64,000 bases of DNA from Candidatus Bathyarchaeota archaeon (GTDB taxonomy: Archaea > Thermoproteota > Bathyarchaeia > Bathyarchaeales > Bathycorpusculaceae): positions 160,001-224,000 of the forward strand of contig CAWHVC010000004.1 in NCBI GenBank assembly GCA_963832745.1. Direction: 5' to 3'. Under the pieces are notes generated by a model, which worked only from the letters and a program-made list of their open reading frames with translations, searched no databases and had not been told where the DNA came from. The first letter of the stretch is position 1; every line of letters begins with the position of its first letter. A program made the position numbers and the translations under genes. Positions 9,743 through 19,117 of the stretch are shown piece after piece.

Positions 9743-11239
9743 TTAAGTTATGTTCCAGAAGTAAATGTGTGAGTATTTGCCTGTTACAGGAAACGCTGGG
9801 TCATCATAAACTATGTCCAGTTTTATTCCGTATTGGTCAAGTTTGCTTTGTACTTGGTTCCAGATTTGGGTTGAAGTGGCGTTTGGTTCCCATATTCCCC
9901 AGATAACGTCGCTGGGGTTTCGCATGCCCCACCCGTAGTTTTCGGGCAAAACCAGCACTGCTTCCGCCTTATCGCTTCCGTGAATTTCTGCTGGGTTCTG
10001 GACAACTTCTTTCCAGAAGCGTTCGAGGGCTTGAAAATGCTCTTCCTGCAATGTACCGTAAGGTCCAGTCATATCTTCGGCATAATTGAATATAACAACA
10101 TAATCCGCTCCAGCCTTGTAGGAAGTTTTCATTTGGTCAAACATTTCAGCCCCATCAGTCAAATATGGCGCGTGAGTGTATTTCCAAGTGATTATTGTTC
10201 CCCAACTTTTTCCCTGCAAGTTGGCTGCTCCACGGGCCAAACTGATTTCTTGACTTACCGAATTGTTCCATGCAAGCTCAGCAAGAACCATGTCATAACC
10301 GCTCTGAAGGTCCCACCAGTAAAGTGCATAATCAGAAGTGAAAATCGGGAAAGACCTCCCCTTAAGGTTACGTTGCCTGATTAAACCATCTACAAAACCG
10401 CTGGTTTTGTCAACATAGAAGTTAGCCGCGGTGTTGTAGTCGCGTAAGGGGTTTTTGTCTTTCGCTTGTTGATAAGTTTCTAATTGAGCGATGATGTCTG
10501 AACCATTTTCCATTGTGTACCTACTGAAACTGACTATTTCCGAAGAAATGATGCCTATACCCCCTTTTGCTGTTTTTTTCTCGATCATTTCAAAAAAGGT
10601 TATTGTGCCGTCTGTCTTGTAGGTTGTCGAGTTGGTTACTACACTATAGGCGGCGATGAATGAGGGGTCGTTATTATTAGAAAACAATGTGGAACTAGTA
10701 GAGTTTGTTTTAGATACCGTTATTGTGCCATTTGGATAAAAACTTCTCGAAATATCAGTTTCATCTGTATTGACTGTGCCGTCTTGCCATTTTGTAACTG
10801 ACATATCTTCGCCTAAAACTAGCCAGGTAGTGTAACCGTCAAGCATTTTGCCTCCAGGTTCATCCTCATAATAGATTCCTGCAAACATTTTGCCCCACCG
10901 TTGCTCAGCAGCACTTATCCAGGTTGCATCTGAAATGCCGAAGGCTGAAGCAGCAGCGAAATGTAAACCTTTGGAGACTGCGTAATCGCCAATTTCGTTT
11001 ACGGCGGTATTGTTTCCTATTATTGTAAATCCTGATTGTACTACAAAGAGGTTGGTGTAGTTTGCTACTTTGTCTATTAGCAGTTTGGCGTCTTGCACAG
11101 TGTTTCCGCAGTAAGTTACGCCTACAAGGAAGGGTTTTTGCTCTTCGCCTTCACCGAAGTCTGTGTAGGCAACGAAGATTAGAGAGCTTACAAAGAGGAT
11201 GCAAATAATTGCTGATGAAAGAATTTCTTTTCGGGTCAC
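9743..11239 (-). CDS. Tandem paralog 3 of 4
   Basis: Same conserved motifs (GIYYEDEPGGKMLDG, SDYALYW, RGAANLQGKSWG). Confidence 0.85.
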   Translation of the reverse strand: MTRKEILSSAIICILFVSSLIFVAYTDFGEGEEQKPFLVGVTYCGNTVQDAKLLIDKVANYTNLFVVQSGFTIIGNNTAVNEIGDYAVSKGLHFAAASAFGISDATWISAAEQRWGKMFAGIYYEDEPGGKMLDGYTTWLVLGEDMSVTKWQDGTVNTDETDISRSFYPNGTITVSKTNSTSSTLFSNNNDPSFIAAYSVVTNSTTYKTDGTITFFEMIEKKTAKGGIGIISSEIVSFSRYTMENGSDIIAQLETYQQAKDKNPLRDYNTAANFYVDKTSGFVDGLIRQRNLKGRSFPIFTSDYALYWWDLQSGYDMVLAELAWNNSVSQEISLARGAANLQGKSWGTIITWKYTHAPYLTDGAEMFDQMKTSYKAGADYVVIFNYAEDMTGPYGTLQEEHFQALERFWKEVVQNPAEIHGSDKAEAVLVLPENYGWGMRNPSDVIWGIWEPNATSTQIWNQVQSKLDQYGIKLDIVYDDPAFPVTGKYSHIYFWNIT

Positions 11240-11328
11240 TGTGGTTCGCTTCTAAAGATAAGTGTTGTCTTGTTAAATAATTCTTTTCTATAAATCCCAT
11301 ATTTTTGGCAAAATAATGGAAAGGAAGG

Positions 11329-12900
11329 TTAAGTGTCATCCCAATAGTAAACATCAGCATACTTGCCTTCAACTGGATGGGCTTGGTCCTGATAGACTAT
11401 ATCTAGTTTAGTGCCATACTGCTCCAGTCTGTTTTGTAGCTGTGTCCATATTTGACTTGACGTAGCGTTTGGTTCCCATATTCCCCAAATGACGTCAGAT
11501 GGGTTACGCATCCCCCAGCCATAGTTGCAGGGTAAAACCAGTGTTGCTTCTGCTTTGATACCTCCCTGAATTACCTTAGGGTTTTGGACTACCTCGTTCC
11601 AAAAACGTTCTAATGCTTGAAAATGCTGTTCTTGCAGGGTTCCATATGGTCCTATGGCGTCTGCTGCATAGTTGAAAAGTATGACGTATTGGGCTCCGTT
11701 TTCATAGGAGGTTTTCATTTGGTTAAAAATTTCGTCACCGTCGGCAAGGTATGGAGCTTGAGTGTATTTCCATGTTAAGATTGTTCCCCAGTCTTTGCCT
11801 TGCAAATTGGCTGCTCCACGAACTAAAGCGATTTCTTGGGCAACAGTATTATTCCAGCCAAGTTCCGCAAGAACCATGTCATATCCGCTCTGGTAGTCCC
11901 ACCAGTAAAGACCATAATCGGCAGTAAAAATGGGAAAAGACCCTTGGCTCATATTTAATTGCAACTTTGAATTTGCTAATTTTGCTTTGGTTTGGTTTGT
12001 GAAGACGTTTGCGGCGCCGTTGCAGTCTGATATGGGGTTTTTGCTCATTGTTTGTTGGTAAGTTTCTTCTTGAGCAATACGCTTTGAGCCATTTTCCATT
12101 GTATAAAAGTCGTTATGTAATATTTCGAATGAATTTTCCCCAATTGGAATAGGCCAAATAATATGGTTCATACCATTTTCATCAGTTGAATTTGAATCTT
12201 GAGCTTTTTGGATAAAATTCTTGCCTGTCGAATTAGAAATTATTTCCTTTATTGTCATTGAACCATTTGGATCGTAAACAATCGTGTCGGCTGTAGTTAC
12301 TGTGTTCCATATTGTAATAGAAGAATTGTTTGGGTCAGTAATAGAGGTATCAATCGAGTTACTTCTCATTTTAATAATGGTGCCGTTTGGGTAAACATCA
12401 ACAGAAAATCCCGTATTGGGCTCATTGTAAGAGACTCTTCCATCTTCATTTTTTACAATAATGGAACTAGAATTTTCATAATTCAAGCAGATTGTGGTGC
12501 CATCAAGAAACTTTCCTGCTGGTTCATCATCATAATAGACTCCTGCAAACATGCTGCCCCACCGTTGCTCAGCAGTGCTTATCCATGTTGCATAAACAAC
12601 ATTGTAACTTGTAGTCGCAGCAAAGTGTAATCCTTTAGTTACTGCGTAATCCCCTATCTCGTTAATGGCTTGGTCGTTTTTAATTAGGGGTCCTGAATTG
12701 AGGACGAACAGGTTTGTGTAGTTGGAGACCTTGTCGATTAGGGTTTTAGCGTCTTGTACGTTGTTTCCGCCGTAGGTTACGCCTACAAGGAAGGGTTTTT
12801 GTTGTTCGCCTTCTCCAAAGTTTGCTTGACTGACAAATATTATTGAGCTTGCAAGGAGGATGCAAATGATGGCTGATGAAAGTGATTCTTTACGGTTCAA
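11329..12900 (-). CDS. Tandem paralog 4 of 4
   Basis: Same conserved motifs (GVYYDDEPAGKFLDG, ADYGLYW, RGAANLQGKDWG). Confidence 0.85.
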   Translation of the reverse strand: MNRKESLSSAIICILLASSIIFVSQANFGEGEQQKPFLVGVTYGGNNVQDAKTLIDKVSNYTNLFVLNSGPLIKNDQAINEIGDYAVTKGLHFAATTSYNVVYATWISTAEQRWGSMFAGVYYDDEPAGKFLDGTTICLNYENSSSIIVKNEDGRVSYNEPNTGFSVDVYPNGTIIKMRSNSIDTSITDPNNSSITIWNTVTTADTIVYDPNGSMTIKEIISNSTGKNFIQKAQDSNSTDENGMNHIIWPIPIGENSFEILHNDFYTMENGSKRIAQEETYQQTMSKNPISDCNGAANVFTNQTKAKLANSKLQLNMSQGSFPIFTADYGLYWWDYQSGYDMVLAELGWNNTVAQEIALVRGAANLQGKDWGTILTWKYTQAPYLADGDEIFNQMKTSYENGAQYVILFNYAADAIGPYGTLQEQHFQALERFWNEVVQNPKVIQGGIKAEATLVLPCNYGWGMRNPSDVIWGIWEPNATSSQIWTQLQNRLEQYGTKLDIVYQDQAHPVEGKYADVYYWDDT

Positions 12901-13038
12901 ACTTGTGGCTCCTAAGTTGAAGCGTTGACTTGCGCTGCTTATTTATTTTTTCCAAAATCAAGGCTTTCAGTAAAAATTGCCAAAAAACTTATCTGACCAA
13001 CTAAACTATTAAATCTCTAAAATGTTCCTTGGAGGCCC

Positions 13039-13230
13039 TTGACTGTGAATAACGATAAGGTTGTGGGCAGTTGGAAGCGCAAGCAGACAAAAAAGGTTGT
13101 TAAGGCAGCTAAGAAGCCAATTTTCAGGCATCGAGAAATGAAGGGTACTGGTCTTCGTTGGGCCTCTCAAACTTTTCCTAACCGTGCAGGTATCCGAAAC
13201 ATGAAGAAACATGCCAAAAAAGAAAAGTAG
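13039..13230 (+). CDS. Small, very basic hypothetical protein (start TTG 13039 or GTG 13045)
   Basis: GGAGG at 13031..13035; 20 K/R versus 3 D/E in 63 aa; upstream of rps19e. Confidence 0.55.
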   Translation: MTVNNDKVVGSWKRKQTKKVVKAAKKPIFRHREMKGTGLRWASQTFPNRAGIRNMKKHAKKEK

Positions 13231-13286
13231 CCGCCTCGAAAATTTGGAAAAACCCTTTATACCGCCCTGATATATGATTATTTTAA

Positions 13287-13372
13287 GCAGTGTAAGTGGT
13301 TTCGCCTCAACGTATCGCCCAGATTGGCGGTAAAGTTGTTACGGGGCGGTCTATAGTTTGAAAAACTGCACA
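13287..13372 (+). ncRNA. Candidate structured small RNA or leader upstream of rps19e
   Basis: Nested stems GCAGT/ACTGC, CGCCTC/GGGGCG and ATCGCC/GGCGGT, followed by ACA; TATA-like TTTATA about 30 nt upstream. Confidence 0.3.
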
Positions 13373-13455
13373 ATAGTTAACAAGTTGTTCAGAGAATATT
13401 TATATTAGGCTTCACTGTTTTACTGCAAGGAAAAACTAAAAGGGACAAGAGCATC

Positions 13456-13920
13456 TTGACAACTCCTCATGACGTACCCGCATCCAAGTTCATCGATAGG
13501 TTAGCAAAGTACTTGAAAGAAAATGTCGATGAAGTTCAACCATTGCCATGGACAAGCGTAGCTAAAACAGGCATGCACGTTGAAAAACAGCCACAGAATC
13601 CAAACTGGTGGTATGTTCGCAGCGCATCTGTTCTGCGTAAAGTTTACATTCATGGTCCAATCGGCATAGAAGACCTAAGGGCTGATTATGGTGGAAGAAA
13701 AAACCGTGGCAGCAAACCTGACCGCGTAAAAAAATCTGGCGGAAGCAGCATCCGCAAAGTTCTCCAACAGCTCGAGGCAGCAGAATTAATCGTTACCAGC
13801 CGTCCAGAAGGAAGAAAAATGTCTCCAAAAGGACGCAAACTACTTCAAGAAGTTGCTGGTGACCTGCAGAAAGAAATGATAAAAACTGTCCCAGAGCTCA
13901 AGAAGTATCAAGGCGAATAA
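13456..13920 (+). CDS. rps19e: 30S ribosomal protein S19e
   Basis: PQNPNWWYVRSASVLRKVY, YGGRKNRG, IRKVLQQLE motifs. Confidence 0.97.
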   Translation: MTTPHDVPASKFIDRLAKYLKENVDEVQPLPWTSVAKTGMHVEKQPQNPNWWYVRSASVLRKVYIHGPIGIEDLRADYGGRKNRGSKPDRVKKSGGSSIRKVLQQLEAAELIVTSRPEGRKMSPKGRKLLQEVAGDLQKEMIKTVPELKKYQGE

Positions 13921-13925
13921 GTAAG

Positions 13926-14255
13926 ATGTCAGATGACGAGCTTGAGAATATTCGGAAACGAAAACTTTTGTCTATGCAGAATCGCGTAAGCGATGAGCAA
14001 AGGCAAGCTCAAGCTGAAGATAAAATTGAAGCTCAGAAGCAGGCGTTGCTTAGGCAAATCCTGTCACCTGAAGCAAGACAACGGCTTAACAACCTGAAAA
14101 TGGTGCGAGCCGACTTCGCAGAGCAAATTGAACTGCAGCTGATCCAGATGGCTCAAATGGGCAAGTTGCCTATTCCGTTATCTGATGCTCAGCTTAAACA
14201 AATCCTGTTGCAGCTTCAATCACGCAAGCGAGAAACAAAAATTACAAGGATATGA
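13926..14255 (+). CDS. PDCD5-family DNA-binding protein
   Basis: DDELENIR, LRQILSPEARQRLNNLKMV motifs; conserved position after rps19e. Confidence 0.93.
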   Translation: MSDDELENIRKRKLLSMQNRVSDEQRQAQAEDKIEAQKQALLRQILSPEARQRLNNLKMVRADFAEQIELQLIQMAQMGKLPIPLSDAQLKQILLQLQSRKRETKITRI

Positions 14256-14259
14256 GAGA

Positions 14260-14418
14260 ATGGCAAGAGTAAAACCAACCGCGAAAAAACGCCGATTAGC
14301 TAAAGCATCAAAGGAATCAACGTCTGTTCCAACATGGGTAGTCGCAAGAACTGACGGCAAAGTCAGAGTTACACCTAAACAAAGACGGAACTGGCGAACA
14401 AGAAAAATAAAGGCATAG
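14260..14418 (+). CDS. rpl39e: 50S ribosomal protein L39e
   Basis: MARVKPTAKKRRLAKA...VPTWVVART...RRNWR; start corrected to ATG 14260. Confidence 0.93.
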   Translation: MARVKPTAKKRRLAKASKESTSVPTWVVARTDGKVRVTPKQRRNWRTRKIKA

Positions 14419-14433
14419 GAGAATTGACAATTA

Positions 14434-14901
14434 ATGGTTAACGCAAAAGAAGAACAGCAAACAGTTCAAGAAACCGAAGAATTAGCAGAAGCAATCGAAG
14501 AACCAGAGACTATACAAGAAGTTTTGCCAGAAGAAGCAGCACAGGAACCAACAGAAGCAGAAGCCAAAGTAGAAAAACCAAAAAAGAAAAAGAAAGACGA
14601 AGAAATCGTTGAAGAAAGAATATACACTATTCCACTTCAGAAAGCCTTGATTCGTCCACCAAAGAAACGTGCCCCACGCGCAATGCAGTTGGTTAAAATT
14701 TTCGTTGCAAAACACATGAAAATGGCTGTTACAGTTTCAGAAGATGAGGAAGAAGAAGAACTGCCTCATTTAATCATAACCCAAGAGGTTAACGAGAAAA
14801 TCTGGAGCAGAAGCATCGAGAAGCCACCACGCAAAATCCGTGTTCGCGTAACCAAGGACAAAGACGGAAACGTCACTGTTCACTTGGCAGAAGCCGAATA
14901 A
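14434..14901 (+). CDS. rpl31e: 50S ribosomal protein L31e with acidic N-terminal extension
   Basis: ERIYTIPL, KRAPRA, VNEKIWSRSIEKPPRKIRV motifs. Confidence 0.95.
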   Translation: MVNAKEEQQTVQETEELAEAIEEPETIQEVLPEEAAQEPTEAEAKVEKPKKKKKDEEIVEERIYTIPLQKALIRPPKKRAPRAMQLVKIFVAKHMKMAVTVSEDEEEEELPHLIITQEVNEKIWSRSIEKPPRKIRVRVTKDKDGNVTVHLAEAE

Positions 14902-14966
14902 ACGGCTTTCAAAAATTTCTTTCTTAACTTTTAATATTATTTTTTGGCAAACGCTATATTGCACAT

Positions 14967-15356
14967 TTGCTCAGTTTTAAATGCCAAAAGTTGATTCCGT
15001 TGAACAACACACGCTCAAGATTACCTTCCATATTAAACAACAGTTTTCAGCCAAAAAGCGCAGAGTACGCTTTTGAGTTGTTCCTTTGCGGTATGACCCA
15101 AAAGTCCTTGCAGACAATAAAAGCCGTTAAAACCGTTCTGGACCAACAATTGCCAAACTACAAACTTGAAGTTATTGACATATTCAAAAACCCCCGACGA
15201 ACCTGTCAAGAGCAAATCATGACTACGCCAACATTGATCAAAAAATCTCCGTTGCCCACGCGTAAAATTTCTGGAGATATAACAGGTAAGGACCGGATAC
15301 TTTGCGGTTTAAACATAAACCAAAAAAGGCAAGCGTTAGGAGCAGAAGAACCATGA
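14967..15356 (+). CDS. kaiB: KaiB-family protein (start uncertain)
   Basis: LFLCGMTQKS...YKLEVIDIFKNP...QIMTTPTLIKKSPLPTRKISGD matches the KaiB fold. Confidence 0.85.
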   Translation: MLSFKCQKLIPLNNTRSRLPSILNNSFQPKSAEYAFELFLCGMTQKSLQTIKAVKTVLDQQLPNYKLEVIDIFKNPRRTCQEQIMTTPTLIKKSPLPTRKISGDITGKDRILCGLNINQKRQALGAEEP

Positions 15357-15856
15357 CTGAAACAAAAGAAATCCACAAGTTGAAACTGGAGATTGAGCAT
15401 TTGCAGGGGCGACTGCAAGAGTTAGAGGAAACCATGGCCAGTGTTTGCGGTGGTACGGCGGATGCAATAATTGTTTCAACAGTTGACGGTGAGAAAGTTT
15501 TCACCTTGATGACTGAGGAGCAGCCTTACCGGCTATTTGTGGAGCAGATGCTTCAGGGTGCAGTTATGCTTTCAGATGATGATACCATTCTTTACTGTAA
15601 CAAAGCCTTCGCGGGAATGGTGAAAGATAAAGCTGAAGTAGTAGTGGGCAAAAAACTCCAAACTTACGTATCCCAAAACCTGCATTGTGAGCTAAACATT
15701 TTTCTTACAAAAAATAGGCAAGAAAAAGTCCCTCAACAACAGAATTTACTTTTGCAAACAACAGACGGTTCCGCAGTTGACGTGCAGGTTTCAATTAGCA
15801 GGTTTGAGCAAAACGCTTTCAAAGGTTCCTGCCTGGTTTTTGTAAGTTGCCGCTAA
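15353..15856 (+). CDS. Coiled-coil plus single PAS domain protein (kinase-less)
   Basis: ATGA overlap with the kaiB stop; RLQELEETM...DAIIV...VFTL...PYRLFVEQM...ILYCNKAF. Confidence 0.8.
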   Translation: MTETKEIHKLKLEIEHLQGRLQELEETMASVCGGTADAIIVSTVDGEKVFTLMTEEQPYRLFVEQMLQGAVMLSDDDTILYCNKAFAGMVKDKAEVVVGKKLQTYVSQNLHCELNIFLTKNRQEKVPQQQNLLLQTTDGSAVDVQVSISRFEQNAFKGSCLVFVSCR

Positions 15857-16052
15857 ACCCAGCGTTGAGTGGTCCCTCTATGGGTGAAGCCTAAAAAAGC
15901 TTCGCTAATCCGCGAAGATTTAAATGTGTGAAACTTGACTTTACAATTCAAAGTGTATAGGCGGAAATAAATTTGCAAAGTTTATCTCAATCAAAACATT
16001 GGGTGAAGCTTTGCATGGTTTTACGCTAGAACAGTTTAAGGATTGATTAATC

Positions 16053-16721
16053 TTGACCGTTTATTTATCAAGCATAGTTGGAAGCCCCAGCATAGGCGTG
16101 TACTCGCTGGCAACAGAAAACATAGTAATGATTCCACGTATGGTGCCCAAACAGAAGGCACAAGAATTTGCAGATTGGCTAAAGGTAAAATTAGCTTACA
16201 CAACGATTAGCGGCTCAGTTTTGACTGGTGCGCTCGCATGCGCAAACTCTAACGGCATGTTGGTTGCAAGTTCTATCCGAGAAGAAGAATTAACAGAAAT
16301 CCGCAGTGTTTTCGACGGCAACATAACTATTATGGAAACAAAAAAAACCGCTTACGGCAACCTAATTCTGGTAAATGACAAAGGAGCCGTAGCTGACCCA
16401 CGCCTTAAGGAGACTGAGGTTAAAAAAATTTCTGAAGCCCTTGGCGTGGAAGTGTTGCAGTCTGAAATCGCCGGGTTGCCTTATGTGGGTTCTTTAGCTT
16501 GCGTCACAAACAAGGGCATTCTAGCTCATCCCATGTTGAAAGATGAAGAACGCAAAATTCTCGAGCAAGCCCTCAAGGTGCCTGTTGACGTCGGCACAAT
16601 TAACTGTGGTATTCCATATGTCGGGACAGGCTTAATTGGGAACAGTACTGCAGCTGTTGCTGGCTCAATGACTACAGGTCCAGAAATGTTCATAATTGAA
16701 CATGCCTTGGATACCTTGTAA
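16053..16721 (+). CDS. eif6: Translation initiation factor 6 (aIF6)
   Basis: GSPSIGVY, ANSNG, GNLILVNDKGA, GTINCG, TTGPE motifs. Confidence 0.95.
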   Translation: MTVYLSSIVGSPSIGVYSLATENIVMIPRMVPKQKAQEFADWLKVKLAYTTISGSVLTGALACANSNGMLVASSIREEELTEIRSVFDGNITIMETKKTAYGNLILVNDKGAVADPRLKETEVKKISEALGVEVLQSEIAGLPYVGSLACVTNKGILAHPMLKDEERKILEQALKVPVDVGTINCGIPYVGTGLIGNSTAAVAGSMTTGPEMFIIEHALDTL

Positions 16722-16746
16722 AATACGCTAAGCCCTTGTTAAAGAA

Positions 16747-18618
16747 TCATTCTTTTTCTTTTGCAACTAAATTCTTTTTGAAGCCTAAAATAACCAGTAT
16801 AGTTAAGCTTGTTATTGCCAAAACAGATAGTAACACAATGATGATTGTTTGAGGTTGTGACGTGTTATTTTCTAGCGACGTCGAGTCGGTTGGGGCAACT
16901 ATTTGTGTTGGAATGCTTGTTGGTGTTGCCGTGGGTGTAGGTGTAATTTTTGGGGAGGCGGTCGGGGTTGAAGGTGGAGTTAGAGTTGGTTTAGGCGTTG
17001 CTGTGGGTTCAACGGTTGGAGTAGGTGACGGTATTGGCGTGGCTGTGGGAGTTGGACTTGTTGTAGGCGAAGGTGTTGGGGTTGGTGCAGGAAACGGCTC
17101 AGCTGTTTCTGTGTTTCCAAGATAACTTCTATTTGGCAATTCAGACACAAGCGTTTTCGAGTTAATGTTGTTCCAGTCGTCGGCGAAATTTACCTGCCAA
17201 ACGCCTATATTATTTAAATTATACTCGAAAATGTTTGTTCCAAGCATTGACAGGAAAGTTCCCGGTTTGGAAACGCTTAACGTTAATGTATGGGTTTCAA
17301 GATTTAAGCTACTAACTCCGCCATCAATTATGTTATTGATGTCTTGATATCTGTAATCCTGTAAAGGCACCGCTAAAGCACCAGTCACTGGAACGGTGGA
17401 TAGTTGCATTAACAAGACTGCTGCGTCTGCAGTAGCCTCAGTGCTGACTGAAGTGTCAGAAAGCATTTTGAACATTCCAGTTGTTTCATCATAAAGTTTG
17501 CTTTGCATGATTAAATTCCAAGCTGGGGCTGGACCGGTTGAACCGTCTAAGAGTGCTTGAATCTTGTTTTGCATATCACTTGTTAAGTTGCCGTAGAATC
17601 CGAGCATGGCTGCCCAGGAATTTATTGTGTTTTCAAGTCTTTGCTGTGAATTTTCTGTTGCATGCACAACAACGTAGTCTGCCCATTGAGGGCTGTTCCA
17701 TCCGTTGCTTAATGCTCTGGTTTCCATGTCAACGAAAAGATTCTCTACATTAGGGATTGATGAGTCATATTGGTAAAATTTCCAAATAATCTGGTCGAAT
17801 GCGCCTGCTTCGCATTCAAAAGTGTTCCACTTGTTGGCGTATTTGTAGAAGCTTCCGCTGGAACTATTAACCCAAAGATTGGCGTTTTCCCAATTCCACC
17901 AATGTTTAGCCTGCGTTAATCCATCCTCTATACCCAACAACCAAAAATTAAGATACATATCTATTGTTTGTGCACATTCATCATAATATCTGGGTCCATA
18001 TTTAATTCCCCAACCAACGCCGTTGGACCCAACACAAAGGACTGGTTTGCCGTAAGCAGTAACACTATCATTAAACACAGCGTACGCTTCTGAGATGTTC
18101 CATTTTGATGTCTGATAATTTAATTGTTCAGCCCATTGGTATGCGTTTAGGACATATCGATTGTATACCATGAAGGAAGCAGTCTCTCCGTTTAAGTAAT
18201 CAAAGGGTAAACCGCCGATATTTGGTAACATTGTTACTGCGTCTAACGCTGCTTCTATTGTAGTACTATTGATGCTAACCCCTAACTTGTTTAACTGAAT
18301 ATACCAGTAAAACACTGATTCAGCAGCAGAAGTAGATGAGACATTTATAGAGTCAACCGCTTGTTGAAGTTGTGCCACCGTAGTTTTACCCAAAACAATG
18401 CCGTCATATATTGTTTGCAGACTACTATTCCAGCCGCCATTGGCTTCAATTTTGCTTTCTAAAACAGAAATTGCAGACGATGAACCTTCCGATTGAGTTG
18501 AATAGTTAGTTGTCTGTCCACTAGCAAAGCTTGTTGTTCCAACAAAACAGCTAAGAATCAAGACGGCTGTAAGTTTTACTGTCGTAATTTGCAGTAATTT
18601 GGAAACTTGAGTCTGCAT
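16747..18618 (-). CDS. Secreted surface protein with Pro/Thr linker and C-terminal TM anchor
   Basis: N-terminal signal-like helix; aromatic-rich body; (PT)n tract; hydrophobic helix followed by KK. Confidence 0.8.
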   Translation of the reverse strand: MQTQVSKLLQITTVKLTAVLILSCFVGTTSFASGQTTNYSTQSEGSSSAISVLESKIEANGGWNSSLQTIYDGIVLGKTTVAQLQQAVDSINVSSTSAAESVFYWYIQLNKLGVSINSTTIEAALDAVTMLPNIGGLPFDYLNGETASFMVYNRYVLNAYQWAEQLNYQTSKWNISEAYAVFNDSVTAYGKPVLCVGSNGVGWGIKYGPRYYDECAQTIDMYLNFWLLGIEDGLTQAKHWWNWENANLWVNSSSGSFYKYANKWNTFECEAGAFDQIIWKFYQYDSSIPNVENLFVDMETRALSNGWNSPQWADYVVVHATENSQQRLENTINSWAAMLGFYGNLTSDMQNKIQALLDGSTGPAPAWNLIMQSKLYDETTGMFKMLSDTSVSTEATADAAVLLMQLSTVPVTGALAVPLQDYRYQDINNIIDGGVSSLNLETHTLTLSVSKPGTFLSMLGTNIFEYNLNNIGVWQVNFADDWNNINSKTLVSELPNRSYLGNTETAEPFPAPTPTPSPTTSPTPTATPIPSPTPTVEPTATPKPTLTPPSTPTASPKITPTPTATPTSIPTQIVAPTDSTSLENNTSQPQTIIIVLLSVLAITSLTILVILGFKKNLVAKEKE

Positions 18619-18884
18619 TTTATGGAAGCAACGTTTAACCTTTATTTAAGTTTGCGTTTTTTTGTCTATAAAAGGCATTGTTTGTTATATTTGCAGATAA
18701 ATAATCTATTGGATTAGACAGACAAGTGCTAACTTGATCAAAAATTCATGTGAGTGGCTTAAAGAACTTCAGATAGAGGTGTCTCTTATTTATTTTTGTT
18801 AGTTTGCTACAAATTAGAGTAACTTTTACTGTGAATATGTTTATAATTGGGAATGCATTGGATGTTGTGCAGGAAGTAAAATAA

Positions 18885-19112
18885 ATGAAGGTTTTCAGAG
18901 TAACCGGCGAAATAAACAAGCCTAACTTGGCAACACCGTTCGCTAAAGAAATCTTAGCAGAAAAAAGCGAACATGCCGTAGAAAAAGTCTACGCAGAGAT
19001 AGGCAGCAAACACCGCGTAAAAAGATATCACATAAAAATTTCAGGTTCAACCGAAGTTCCAGTAGACGAAATCGAAAATGATGTCCTTAAGAAAATAGTT
19101 CTTGGGGAGTAA
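18885..19112 (+). CDS. rpl18a: 50S ribosomal protein L18Ae/LX (eL20)
   Basis: KVFRVTG, FAKEI, EKVYAEIGSKHRVKR motifs. Confidence 0.94.
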   Translation: MKVFRVTGEINKPNLATPFAKEILAEKSEHAVEKVYAEIGSKHRVKRYHIKISGSTEVPVDEIENDVLKKIVLGE

Positions 19113-19117
19113 AGTTT

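Noticed and set aside
6575-12900. Diversity-generating retroelement or invertase shufflon behind the paralog variation
   Set aside because: No reverse transcriptase or recombinase, no adenine-specific TR/VR pair seen, and all copies are co-oriented
14185-14259. N-terminal extension on L39e in the ORF track
   Set aside because: It overlaps the PDCD5 gene; ATG 14260 gives the normal 52-aa protein
15880-15910. Hairpin GTGAAGC...GCTTCGC upstream of eif6 as a possible ncRNA
   Set aside because: A single short hairpin with no further support
16862-17125. Gly/Val-repeat ORF on the plus strand
   Set aside because: Antisense shadow of the Pro/Thr linker of 16747..18618
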